A stretch of DNA of 64,000 nt, from NCBI GenBank assembly GCA_964019335.1, contig OZ025702.1, positions 186,001 through 250,000 of the forward strand, in the 5' to 3' direction. Both the position numbers and the translations under genes were made by a program. Numbering within the stretch: the first letter of the stretch is position 1; each line of letters opens with the position of its first letter. The notes beneath the pieces were generated by a model that worked only from the letters and a program-made list of their open reading frames with translations, was not told where the DNA came from and searched no databases. Shown here piece by piece: positions 44,426-55,147 of the stretch. Origin of the DNA: Diplonema japonicum. Its lineage: Eukaryota; Protista; Euglenozoa: Diplonemea.

Positions 44426-44465
<40 letters not shown>

Positions 44466-44778
44466 CCACGCAGGTCAGCTTTTTTAGAGATTTACCTAAG
44501 GTAATATGGGGTAGCTGTTTCGCCCGTAGCATTTTAAGGGGGAAATAAAGCACTTATTCCCACTTTTAAGGGCCGGAATGGCCTCAGATGGCTAAAGATA
44601 GTCACCTCCGCCCCATTTTTTTTTTTTTTTTTTTTTTTTTTCCAATGGGTGCATTTTTTTTTCCACGGCGAGACTCATTTTTTCAAAATCTTATAATTCT
44701 ATAAGTTAAATAATAGCCGTTTCGCGTTTAATAATGAGTCCCCTAGTGAGTGAAGAAAATGACGAAGAGTGAAATAAA
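44366..44778 (-). mobile_element. Helentron-like element, copy B (hairpin end deleted)
   Basis: Colinear with 38586-38980: CCTAAGGTAATATGGGGT..., CACTTATTCCCACTTTTAAGGG..., CCCCTAGTGAGTGAAGAAAATGACGAAGAGTGAAATAAA. Confidence 0.65.
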
Positions 44779-45086
44779 TTTAAAAAAAAAAAAAAGAAAG
44801 GCAGGTATTATGAGCAGATAACCGTTCGGACTTCTTCATTTCTCCCTCGCCTTCCTTCCCTGGAATTAGTTTTCTTTCTTATCCCCCCCAAGCCTCTCTT
44901 TCCCTTCAACCTCCCAGCGTATGTTCTTCTTTCCAGTTTTCTTCTTTTTCTTTTTTTTTAAAATTTTATTTTTCTATTTGTTTCTTCTGGTATACTTCTC
45001 TGTTCTTCTTCTTTTTTCTTCTTTTCCTCTTTTGAACAACAAAACAACAATAATAACAAAAAAAAGGGGGGGGGAGGGGAGAGAGC

Positions 45087-46130
45087 ATGTTAAGCAATCC
45101 AACCAGCCCGCGGACACCAAGGGTCAATAACCTGTTTACGCAGCTGCTTGCAAGCGACGTGCCTCTCGCGATTCTAAAAGGGTTGTGTCAAATAGTTGGG
45201 GTAGACAACGGGGTGATATGGGGGAAGAAGAACACAAGGGACAAGCTGGTAAAGACGGCCGAGATCGGGCGGCTAAGCAAACACGAACAGGCAAAGCACT
45301 GCGTGGAAAAGCAGGTCGTGTCACACGTCTCCACGCTAATGTCCGACACGAAGAGCGAGAACGGAAAGAAGCGGCAATCTGTCCTATCTGTGTACATCGC
45401 GACCACCCCAGGAGGCGTGGTTCAACTCCAGAAGGACACACCTTTTTCAAAAGAAGAAGAAGCCGTGGCTGTGGTCTGCGGGCGGTTGTTGTGCGCGGTC
45501 CAATCAGGCGACCCCGGGTCCTTCATCCAACCACAGGTGGTCCACAACGTTGACGTTGTTCAAGCAAACGAAGAGCAGCCCCAGGTAGCCATTCGCCTTG
45601 TGAACGACGCCCAACAGCATAGCGATATGCTAACAGTTCTTCTACATAAAAAAATAGCATTGCTGCAAAGCTGCGAGGTGAAGACGAAAGAGATCGAAGC
45701 CACCGTAGAACGGCTCATGGGAGAGAACGCTTTACTGAACGAGGGGCTGCAAAACCTACACAAAAAACTCAATGGGAGCACCAAGAGGGTCAGAGAGCTT
45801 GAAGACGATGTGAAATACTATAAAAGAAGGGTTGTGGAGACCCCAGCCGCAGCTACCCCTTCCCCTGCTCCGTCAGTGGCAAGAACACCATCGCCGATTC
45901 CCTTGGATCCCCGGCCAGTGCTTGCTTCGTCGGCTACACTTGGTTTCTTCACGCAACAACTTGGGTCCTCTCAACGATTCTCCGCCACGCTTCTCCAGCC
46001 GCCGTCTCCGCCCAGATTGGGAAACCCGCGGAAAAAAAGTACCATCCAGTACGCACATTGGAACGGGAAATCAGTCAGCCCAGCGAATCCGCCCCGTTAC
46101 GGCAAGAAAGTCTACGATCTGGATAGATAG
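45087..46130 (+). CDS. Hypothetical coiled-coil protein
   Basis: 347-aa ORF with coding-like composition, central heptad region and Pro/Ser-rich tail. Confidence 0.7.
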   Translation: MLSNPTSPRTPRVNNLFTQLLASDVPLAILKGLCQIVGVDNGVIWGKKNTRDKLVKTAEIGRLSKHEQAKHCVEKQVVSHVSTLMSDTKSENGKKRQSVLSVYIATTPGGVVQLQKDTPFSKEEEAVAVVCGRLLCAVQSGDPGSFIQPQVVHNVDVVQANEEQPQVAIRLVNDAQQHSDMLTVLLHKKIALLQSCEVKTKEIEATVERLMGENALLNEGLQNLHKKLNGSTKRVRELEDDVKYYKRRVVETPAAATPSPAPSVARTPSPIPLDPRPVLASSATLGFFTQQLGSSQRFSATLLQPPSPPRLGNPRKKSTIQYAHWNGKSVSPANPPRYGKKVYDLDR

Positions 46131-46250
46131 ATATCTTTTCCAGCCCGTTCTATTTTTTTTTTTTTTTCTCCCCCTCCTTGTCACCTGGAAAAAAAAAAAA
46201 AAAAATCAAAAAGAGGGAGGAGGGTGGCGACTCCGGTTCGCCCGGGTCAC

Positions 46251-47033
46251 ATGACCGAAATAGCAGAGCTGCAGACCGCCATCGCGGATCAAATACTGCA
46301 AAATGGAAAAGAAGAAGCTGCCATGGTGAAGCAACGGGCAAGGCGGCGGTCAACGGACGACACGGCCCCCATCGAGGGAAAAAGCTTCACGATATGGCTG
46401 ATACTGGTAGCGCTGCTGGTGTTGGTGGTGGGCGGGCTGGGGTGGAAAAAGATCAAAACATGGCGATGGGTCGGTAGCATGGTGTTCGTGCACTTGAATC
46501 TCATTCTGGGCAGACACCAGGTCGGGATGAGCTGGGTGGGGTTAAGACAAATCGGTCTCGGGTTTGCTGTCCTCTGCGGTGTGTTTTCCTACCCCAACGC
46601 TGTCCTCAGCGGTATAGGTCTCATGGGTGTGGTGTTGTCTGCCTTCCCTATCTCTTCACATGTGAACGGATCTGACGTGGCAGCGGCTGCAGCTGTACTG
46701 CTCGCATCTGGGTTCTCGCGAGTTTCATGGACTTTTTACCGGGATTTGTACACGGTCTTCTCAGCCCACTCCAACCACAACGTCCCATGGTGCTATGCAG
46801 CTGTGTCCCTCATCCTTTTCTTTCAGCTGTTCAGCACGGTTACCTTAGCGTACTTCCTTGCCACTGTCCTCTCGCACCAGCTTACCTACCCGTCTCTATC
46901 CCTCACGCATGCTACCGACAAGCTCTCAGGCCACCTCCCTTCTGCCCTGTTTACTGCTGTTGTGTGTTTCCTCGTCGTGGCCTCTAGCGCCTTGCACCAT
47001 AATTTCCCCGGTAACAACTCGTGGTTTTGGTGA
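46251..47033 (+). CDS. Hypothetical multi-pass membrane protein
   Basis: 260-aa ORF from the first ATG, with several hydrophobic segments. Confidence 0.7.
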   Translation: MTEIAELQTAIADQILQNGKEEAAMVKQRARRRSTDDTAPIEGKSFTIWLILVALLVLVVGGLGWKKIKTWRWVGSMVFVHLNLILGRHQVGMSWVGLRQIGLGFAVLCGVFSYPNAVLSGIGLMGVVLSAFPISSHVNGSDVAAAAAVLLASGFSRVSWTFYRDLYTVFSAHSNHNVPWCYAAVSLILFFQLFSTVTLAYFLATVLSHQLTYPSLSLTHATDKLSGHLPSALFTAVVCFLVVASSALHHNFPGNNSWFW

Positions 47034-47671
47034 AAAATTAGGGGGAAAAAAAAAAGGAAAAAAAAAAAAAAACCCTTCGATGTTTAAAAAAAAAAAAAAA
47101 AAAAAAGCGGGGGTACACCGAGAGGGAAAGAGAATTCCAAAAAGATGAAGAGACTTTGTTTTCCCTTCCGTTTCCCCCCCCCCCCTTTTTTTTCCAAGCG
47201 TCCTGCCACACACCGCAGGTACCCTTAAATGTCTCTCTCTCTCTTTTTTTTTTGTTTTTTTTTTTTTTTAAGCACCCACACACACGCACCACTTTTAGTT
47301 TCTCTTCGTCCTCTTCGACTTTATAAAGTCGCTTGGCCAATGAAGGAGGATGACCAAAGTCCAGATGCAAAAGTGAAAAAAGAAAAGGGACAGCACTCTA
47401 CAACAATAAGAAGAAAGGCCTCGGTTTATCTTCCCCTGGGGATGTGACTGACGAGGAGGTCTTTAAGCAACACAAGCTTCCCTCGGACTAAAGAGAGTAA
47501 TTTTTTTTTCTCTTATTCTCTCTCTTGTATTTTTTTTTCTTCCCTCCCTCATTCTTTATAATGGGTTGCCCACCAAGAAATGGTGTCTCCCTCTCTCTCT
47601 CTCTTTTCCCACACTCGCACCCCATCATTGCCGTGCCTGTCCCATTTATAAGGGCCAGACACCGATGTAAT

Positions 47672-47708
<37 letters not shown>

Positions 47709-48514
47709 CTTGCCCTCTTTTTTTCTACTTTTTTGGTTTGGTGCCACCGAGCAAGGAAAGTCGAAAAGAAGAATGCGGGGCCCGTGTTTTTAACTTCTTT
47801 TTTTCTCTTCTTCTTTTTTTTTTGCTGTACAAGAACAAGCCATTGACTGTTCGAGGAGGCATGATGGCTATGAGCACAAGCCCAGTTCCTCTTTTTTTTC
47901 CTCTTTTTTTTCTCTTTTTTTTCTCACTCCAAGAAAGAACACCTGTTGGGCGGCTCGTCCCATCTTTGATTCAAATCGATACGAGCAGTAGAGTACATAA
48001 AAAAAAAAGGGTGAGAGAGCAAAAGAAGGAAAGAAAGAAAAAAAAGAAAAAGGGTGTAACTCCTTGGAAAGAATAAGAGGACCTTAAACTGCTCTCTTGC
48101 CCCGCTGCTTTTTTATTATTTTTTTTTTTTTTATACTGCTGGCTTTGTCTCCTCTTTTTATTTTATTTTTTTTCCATGTCTGGCCGCCTTTATGTGTGAA
48201 AGAAAAGAAGAAGAAAAAAAAAAAAAAAAGAAAAGGTAAAAAAAAAAGGGGGGAAGGTGAATTTTATTGATCCTGGCAAATCGGTTCCGTGCTCCAGTAT
48301 TTTTATATATTGTACATGCATTAGTGCGAGCCTATTCAATGGAAAGTGTTGTGTGAAAGCCTCACTGGAACGTGTAATAAGTCTAGTCTTGTTGTTTTGT
48401 GTTGAAACAGATACTCATAGGCTGTTATGTGGTTACAGGGTCCAAAAAAAAAGAAAGTAGTGTAGGGTGGGGGGTTTTTTTTTCTTCACCAAAAAAAAAA
48501 AAATAAGAGAAAAC

Positions 48515-48628
48515 TGCTAACTAGATCCCCCAAGTTTGAGGGCGGACTTTAAGTATTTTGAAAACACTAGGGGTGGGGGGGGGGGATGGACTTTTGAGCA
48601 TTTCTGAAACTTAGGGGTCTAGTTAGCA
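48515..48628. mobile_element. ~114-bp MITE-like element
   Basis: Imperfect 22-bp inverted repeats TGCTAACTAGATCCCCCAAGTTT / AAACTTAGGGGTCTAGTTAGCA. Confidence 0.55.
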
Positions 48629-48677
48629 CTCCACCCAAAAATTAATTTTGCAAAAAAAAAAAAAAAAAAAAAAAAAA

Positions 48678-49215
48678 TAGCTATTTACTGCCAACAAGTA
48701 ATGACTTTACCGTTACCTCGAGGTCGGTAAAGCATTACTTGGCGGTAGGTAAGTGGTTTTATTTCACGACACTCTGAAATTACTTCACCACGAGGGGCAC
48801 AACAGGGTGACAAGGGGTACAACAAGAGAGGGGTTACAAAGGTTACAATACAAGTTGTTTTTCCTCCTTTTGTTGACTAAGAGCTGCCGCTGTCGCTAGC
48901 ATTGCCACTGTCACCATCTCTAATCAGGCCTTCCCATACCTAGCGCGGCCGCTGGCTCCTTTTTTTCTGCTGCTTCGGTTTTTTGAAGTCTTTTGGGGTG
49001 CTTGGGTAAGCTGACTAAGTTACCCTTACCCACAGAAGAGTTACCCACAGAAACTGGGAACAAGGCCTAGCCAAAAGTGGGCAAATTGGGAGGAAAAAGT
49101 AGCCCAACCCTATTACTTCACGGAAAACAGGCCATTATTTCACCGTGAAGTAATGAGATTTAGCGTGAAGTAATGCCCCCAGTGCGTGAAGTAATTTCTG
49201 AAGAGTGAAATAAAA
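48678..49215 (-). mobile_element. Helentron-like element, related family C
   Basis: Same terminus (TAGCTATTTACTGCCAACAA), ~70-bp hairpin and asymmetric TTTTATTTCAC / GTGAAATAAAA repeats as copy A, but a different interior; sits between A-runs. Confidence 0.6.
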
Positions 49216-49545
49216 AAAAAAGGGGGGGGGGGAAAACTACTACATGTGTTATTTTTTTAAAAAAAAATTTTTTTTTTGCTCTGTAAGAAGGAAAGAGAGC
49301 TGGGAGAGGGAGGAGAAAAAAAAAGAGGAAAAAGGGAAGATGAAAAAGGAAGGAAAAAAAGTGGAAACAGGAGGGGCCAAAAGGGGGAGAGATGGAGAAG
49401 AGGCAGAAGAATAAAAAAGGGAGTATAGCAACTCTTGAGATTCGAAAAGCAAATAGGAAGAAAATAGACCATTTGTCTAGTTTTCTCGTCAAGGCAAGAT
49501 AGAAGAAGGGGGGTAAAAAATCTCTTGATGTCTGTATATCTGTAC

Positions 49546-49578
<33 letters not shown>

Positions 49579-49908
49579 AAACTTCCCCCTCTTCCTCCCC
49601 TGTTTTCTCTCTTTGGTTTCTTCTCTTAATTCGGGGTGGTCCTCAAGTGGGCGGCCCTTAAACACTGCCTTTGTTTTCCTCGTCTCTGTGCACATTCTTT
49701 TTTTTCCTTTTTTTTCTTTTTCTTTTACGCTTCTTATGCACACAACGGGATTGGTTTCCTTTATTGTTTTCTTTGGGCAGTTACCCTTTCCCATTTTTTT
49801 AATAAAAAAAAAAAGAAGAAAAAAAAAATGTATCCTTTTTTTTTTTTTTTTGTGTTCTACCTTCCCCCCTTTTTAAAAAAAAAAGAAACCAGATTACACT
49901 CAATAAAA

Positions 49909-52900
49909 ATGGAATCACCGCGCACATGGTGGGTCAAGATGTGACACACAGCGAGCCCTATGAGGTATCCGGCCTCTTATCACTGGTAAAGTTGGTTATA
50001 GATATTTCTGAAGACGAAGGTCGATTGGTACGTGGTGAGGGACGACACATCCGTATTGTCGGTCCTGGAGCAAAGGGGTGTAAAGTGTGGAATAAGAACG
50101 CGGATGAAGTACCCTTGGACAACGCAGGAGATTTAGTGTACACGGTGACCTCTGAAGTGTTTTACTACAGCCTCCTTATTGAACAAAAAGGAGTTCATAA
50201 CTGTTCACTGCAAGCAGCAAGCACTCTCACCGGCCCTTGGGTTACCATACATGAGTCTAGAATATGTGCCCTCACAGCTTCTCCTTTCTTCACAGACCCT
50301 GTTCCCACATGGAAACAGCTCAAAAGAAAATCCAAATTGGAAGCGAGTTTCCCACACACCCGTGTATTCGTCACATCACACTCCACAGCGGAGATCATCA
50401 CCGAACGGCATCGAACGATAGACGTGATGGCCGCACTTTCCAACGACCTTGGAAGGAAGCTTGACTTCACCGAGACTGAGATGTTCCCTAACACCTGCCA
50501 GCTGCCTGTCCCGTTGAAGTTCACAGCGAAGGAGGGCAGCGTAGCAATGTACCCTAAAGTGGGGCTTAAATGGCACACCACAATGAACAAAATAAGCGGT
50601 GTCGAGGTAAGCAAGCACATGGTCGAGAAAGTGATGGGGTGGGTGTGGAGGAGCAAGGTCTTCTGCGGGGGAAGGGTGCCTCTACCAAGCGCTGAAACTG
50701 TATTCATCCCTGTCCCTTATATAGAAGAAATGCTTGTCGGTAGTATGACCCAAGTTCGGCACCACGCGCAGGTGCAGTGGTTGCTGGACTGCTGGTGGTC
50801 GCGCAGTAGGAAGAACATCGCCATCCTCGATGCCTCTATCACAGAGGTCGTTCCCAACGCCGTTCTCGCTGCGCAGCTGCGGCTCCTCAGAACTCTGGGC
50901 GTCACTGCCCCCCCGCTCCCAGCAGAACCCGTCACCTCCGCATTATTCAAGGACTGGGCGTGGTCTGCCCTGGTCAACTGGGGCCCTGAATCAGTGCGCT
51001 CCTACGTCATGATGCTGAAGTCCATCCTCCTCAACTTCTTCGGCGAGGCAGCGCTTGTCGACATCCTCAGCTTCGGGACTACTAACCCTCCGGAGGCCCT
51101 CGAAAAAATGCCTTTCAAACATGTTGTCATCACGAAACTGCTCAACCACACTGAGATAGAGTGGAAGTGCAAGACGTGCAGTGCCTCCATATCACAAGGT
51201 GCATGGGTTCGAGGGGACGAGTTGTTGTGCGAAGCGTGCCACCACGAAGTGATGCTGCACGCACCTGGGCACACAGACTATGATGTGGACACCCCGGAGA
51301 CGCTGCAGGAAGTGGACACCGGCACTGCTGAGAAGGTCAAGAAGGTTATGGATGAGGACAACCTGTTCTCGCTCCTGCTGCAAGATGAGCCACCCATTGA
51401 CAACTTGTTGGAGAATGAAATACCCGCAGACACTCTGATAGAAGAACCAACGCTGTCGACGGCTTCCGAACCAGACGCAGAGGACGACACAAGGGCGATG
51501 GACACAATCATGAAACAAGTCAAGGAAGAGGAACGGGTGGTGAGGAAGAAGAAGTTGGCAGGTATCGCAGAACGGACCCAGGAGCTGCGCAAGGAAGTAG
51601 CGCGAAAAAAGAGCGAAAAAGTAAAGGACCAAGAGGAGTGGGACGAGCTTACCACCCGCTACGAAAAGATGATAGAAGAACAGGCAGAAGAACGGAAGGT
51701 ACAACAGGAAAAACTCAAAAAAGAAAAGGCCCTCGTAGAAAAGAACATAACAAAGTTGGTAGAAGAAGCTGAAGAAGAGTTTAATGAAAACCGTCTGCGT
51801 ATCAAACGTGCACAACGGGAGTACGCTGACCTGCAATGCGAGATACAGAAGTTAAAGGGGCAGCCTAGCGACCCTGTCAAGGAGCTTTTTGTAGAGGAGG
51901 AACCGAAACAACGGCCAAAAAAAACGAAGGTGAAACGTTTGCCATCGACTCCACCCCCGCCCCCTCCACCTCCTCTAAGCAACTTGGAATTAATCAAGAA
52001 TCAGTTGAATGCCGTCAAAAAAAGTATATTGTCGCAGAATGGTGTACCGTCACCACGACAACTCAAAGCTGTGCTCCTGGATGTCTCGGCGAAGACTTCC
52101 TCAACCGAACAACACGAGAAGCTCAAAAGGAAAAGCAACATGGTCAACAACGACGGGCCGCACCTCGGCATCTGCTCCACCCAAGAACGGAGGAGAGGGC
52201 CTTCGATGTTCTGCGAGGCAGCACCGCCGGTGTTTGCAACGCCTCCTGAAAACTCAACAACGGACAGCAAGAAGGAAAGCCAACAAGAAGAACAAGAGAA
52301 CATAAACGGGGAGCAGGTGGGCGGTCACAACCCGTTCAACTTAAGCACTTCATCTGACAGCTCGCCCCCACCACCTGCAGCGTCAACGTCTCCCCAGCAG
52401 GGAGAGTCCAAAGTGTTGAGTTCTAAAGAGGTGTCTTCCTCACCGATGCCTGATGTCAAGCTAGTGAATGTATCAAAAACGTGTCTCACAGTGACAGTCC
52501 CTGACGCTGTGACTAATAAGGAAAAGAAGTGCATCTATTCGATCAAAGTGGAGATGGTGGAAGACGAGCAACAGGAAAATGTTGAAAACGTTGCAACCGA
52601 AAACCCAGACACGCTGAAAGAGTACTGCATGCTGAGCCAGGCGATGAACCTGGCCCTGCGACTCGATGACGGTGCGTGCGACACCGAGGAAGGGAAGAAG
52701 GCTGTGCTGCGCATGATTGATACAGTGATGAGGGGCATCGACCCAAGCGAGACTCACAGCAGCTCAGACACTGACGGTTCGGAGTCCGGATCCATGTCCC
52801 GAGCAGCACCAAAGGGACGGAGGATGAGCAAACAGGTCAACCTCACGAAACGGTGGAAAAAATGCATCAACGGTGCAAAAGAGAAACGGTTCAACAAAAC

Positions 52901-53474
52901 CCCCACAAAAAAGCCATCACTCCGCCAGATCACTACCGACGCCTTTTCAAAACGAGCAGAAGAGGTGATGTATGCCGCACTGGAGGAGAAGATTGCAAAA
53001 AGAAAAACGAATCCTGTTCCAGATCATGATGTAAGACTGCAAAAGCCTCGTATAGAAGCGGGCGTTGCAAGCAGTGGTGGGACCATGGCTGCCACACAAC
53101 CTAAAAAGCTCCCACCCATAAAGACAGCTCTCGCTAAGGTTGCACCTGAAAAGGTTGCCGCAGAGCGTGCCGGGACGGTGCTGCAAGACCTCCCTGTTCT
53201 CACGAAACCGACGCACTGCCTCAAATCTGTTGCCAAGATGTTGAGTGCCGTGTTGCCGAAGCTCGCTGCGAAGCCTGACCCGACACCGCTGCCACCGCCA
53301 TCTGCACCGCCGCCACGAGCAGCAGATGCTCTGCTCCAAAACTGGACAGTGCCCCAAAAAACACTTCTTTCGCATTCAGCTGACATCCAAGCGACTCTGC
53401 AGTCCATCCTGGCGAAAAAACAAAAACGCGAGTTCAACGTACACAAGAAGCTGCAGAGCTTGCGGCCTCACTGA
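49909..53474 (+). CDS. Large hypothetical protein with CxxC...CxxC zinc-finger-like motif and coiled coil; start at 49909 via a 23-nt intron (49929-49951) or at 49926
   Basis: 1182-aa ORF; CKTC...CEACHH; Glu/Lys-rich heptads. Confidence 0.75.
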
Positions 53475-53581
53475 AAGAATGTGGTTTTCCAACCAAACAA
53501 AGGGAGAAAAAAAAAAGAAAAAAAAAAGAAATCCATTTGCCTTGCCCGTATCTTTTCCTCCGACACGCCACAGAAGGCAAC

Positions 53582-54103
53582 ATGTCTGTGTCAGACGCAC
53601 CGCCCTCAACGGTGGTGTTCTCGAAGCCGTTGGACATTGCCCAGTATTTGAAGGGAGCGTGGAAGAGGTGTATGGAAGAAAAGGACTTTGGGGGTACGTT
53701 TCAGTTCAGGCGGACAAGTAATGTAGTAATAGTGATTTCGAGCGAAGTGGCAAGCGATGGGGGTGTCGAGGTGTTGCGCTGGGTGGTAGCGCAGTCTGGG
53801 AAGAAAGACGAGGTTATACCTATGTACGAGATGAAACTAGTTGGCGTCGACGACAAGGAAGCTACCATCAGCTACGACTACCAAGGCATCCCATGCCAGG
53901 GGCGCTTTATCAGCGGGCCCAACGCTTTACTCCTCACGCACATCGACAACACCGAGCGCACCGCTGTTGTCAGCATCACATACCGCATCCTTGATGACAA
54001 CACGATGGCAGTGGTGGTCGCAGAGTGCGATTCTAAAGGGCCTTCGAGACTGCTGACTGGAACAATGCACAAAATCGAGTCTGCGGATTACCCTCCTTGC
54101 TGA
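53582..54103 (+). CDS. Hypothetical protein (possible beta-barrel)
   Basis: 173-aa ORF with coding-like composition between homopolymer spacers. Confidence 0.65.
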   Translation: MSVSDAPPSTVVFSKPLDIAQYLKGAWKRCMEEKDFGGTFQFRRTSNVVIVISSEVASDGGVEVLRWVVAQSGKKDEVIPMYEMKLVGVDDKEATISYDYQGIPCQGRFISGPNALLLTHIDNTERTAVVSITYRILDDNTMAVVVAECDSKGPSRLLTGTMHKIESADYPPC

Positions 54104-54192
54104 TTTTTTTTTTCTCCCCCCCTTTTTTTTTTCCCACACCAATCAAAAAAAAAAAATTTTTTTTTTTCTTCAGGGGAAAAAAAAAAGTGAAA

Positions 54193-54978
54193 ATGCGAAG
54201 GGTGTTGAATAAGTGTGCTGTGTTGCCTTTTCACCGGGGGTTATCGACGGCGGTCGCCAAGGTGCATCTTCCCGTTCAGCTCTCGAAACAGCTGGTTCAG
54301 TCCGGAAGCGATGAGGTGGAGGAAATCATGTCGGTAAAAGGACCCATCTTCTCGACAAGCGTAGTGGGCGGCACGATGGCCGTTAAGCGGACTGCCGAGC
54401 TGATACCTCTGTTCACCCCAGCGGGGATGCTGGAAAAGTGCGATTTTTCGATTACATTGAACACCGAAAAGACAATGGCAACCATCTCCTGCACAACGGC
54501 AGTTAAATATGGTAGAGTCACAAAAAAAAAAAAAAAAAAAAAAAAAAAAACAGGTAACGGAGACATGGAAGCGATGACAGGAGCCACCACCGCCGCGCTG
54601 ACAGTTTATGATATGTGCAAGAGTGTGTCTAAGGACGGGCTTTTTATAAGTGAAATTAAGTTGATCAGAGACTCTAAAGCAAGACCAAAACCTGAACAAC
54701 CAACACCACCAAACCCCGATAAGGAATCCACTGAGAGAAAGAGAACACCCCGGGATCCACCCACCGAAGAAATGCCAGAACCGAAGGACCGAACCCCTAA
54801 AGACGCCCCACGACCCGAACCTGCTAAAGACGCCCCACGACCCGAACCTGCTAAAGACGCCCCACGACCCGAACCTGCAAAACACGCCCCTAAAAAGGAA
54901 ATCAAAGATAGCCTGGCCCTTCTCATCGAAAGGATCCAGAAGGAAGAGGCGGAAGCGAGGAACAAAAACGTCAGGTAA
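54193..54978 (+). CDS. moaC: MoaC-family (cyclic pyranopterin monophosphate synthase-like) protein, divergent, probable mitochondrial presequence; intron 54512-54553
   Basis: KGPIF....VGGTMAVKRTAELIPL and DMEAMTGATTAALTVYDMCKSV. Confidence 0.8.
   Translation: MRRVLNKCAVLPFHRGLSTAVAKVHLPVQLSKQLVQSGSDEVEEIMSVKGPIFSTSVVGGTMAVKRTAELIPLFTPAGMLEKCDFSITLNTEKTMATISCTTAVKYGRVTKKKKKKKKKTGNGDMEAMTGATTAALTVYDMCKSVSKDGLFISEIKLIRDSKARPKPEQPTPPNPDKESTERKRTPRDPPTEEMPEPKDRTPKDAPRPEPAKDAPRPEPAKDAPRPEPAKHAPKKEIKDSLALLIERIQKEEAEARNKNVR
54799..54890 (+). repeat. 27-bp coding tandem repeat (KDAPRPEPA x3 plus partial)
   Basis: AAAGACGCCCCACGACCCGAACCTGCT repeated. Confidence 0.9.
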
Positions 54979-55147
54979 GAACACCTCACCTAAAAAGAAA
55001 GGAAGCAAATGCTAAGACATTTCCCACCCCCCCTCCGCCCCCTCCTTCCCTCTACATTGGATCACGCCGTGGACTTTTTTTTATTCGAAAAGTAAAGAAA
55101 GAAAGAAAAAAGAGAATCTTATCTTCAGGAGAGTGAAATGAAAGCAG

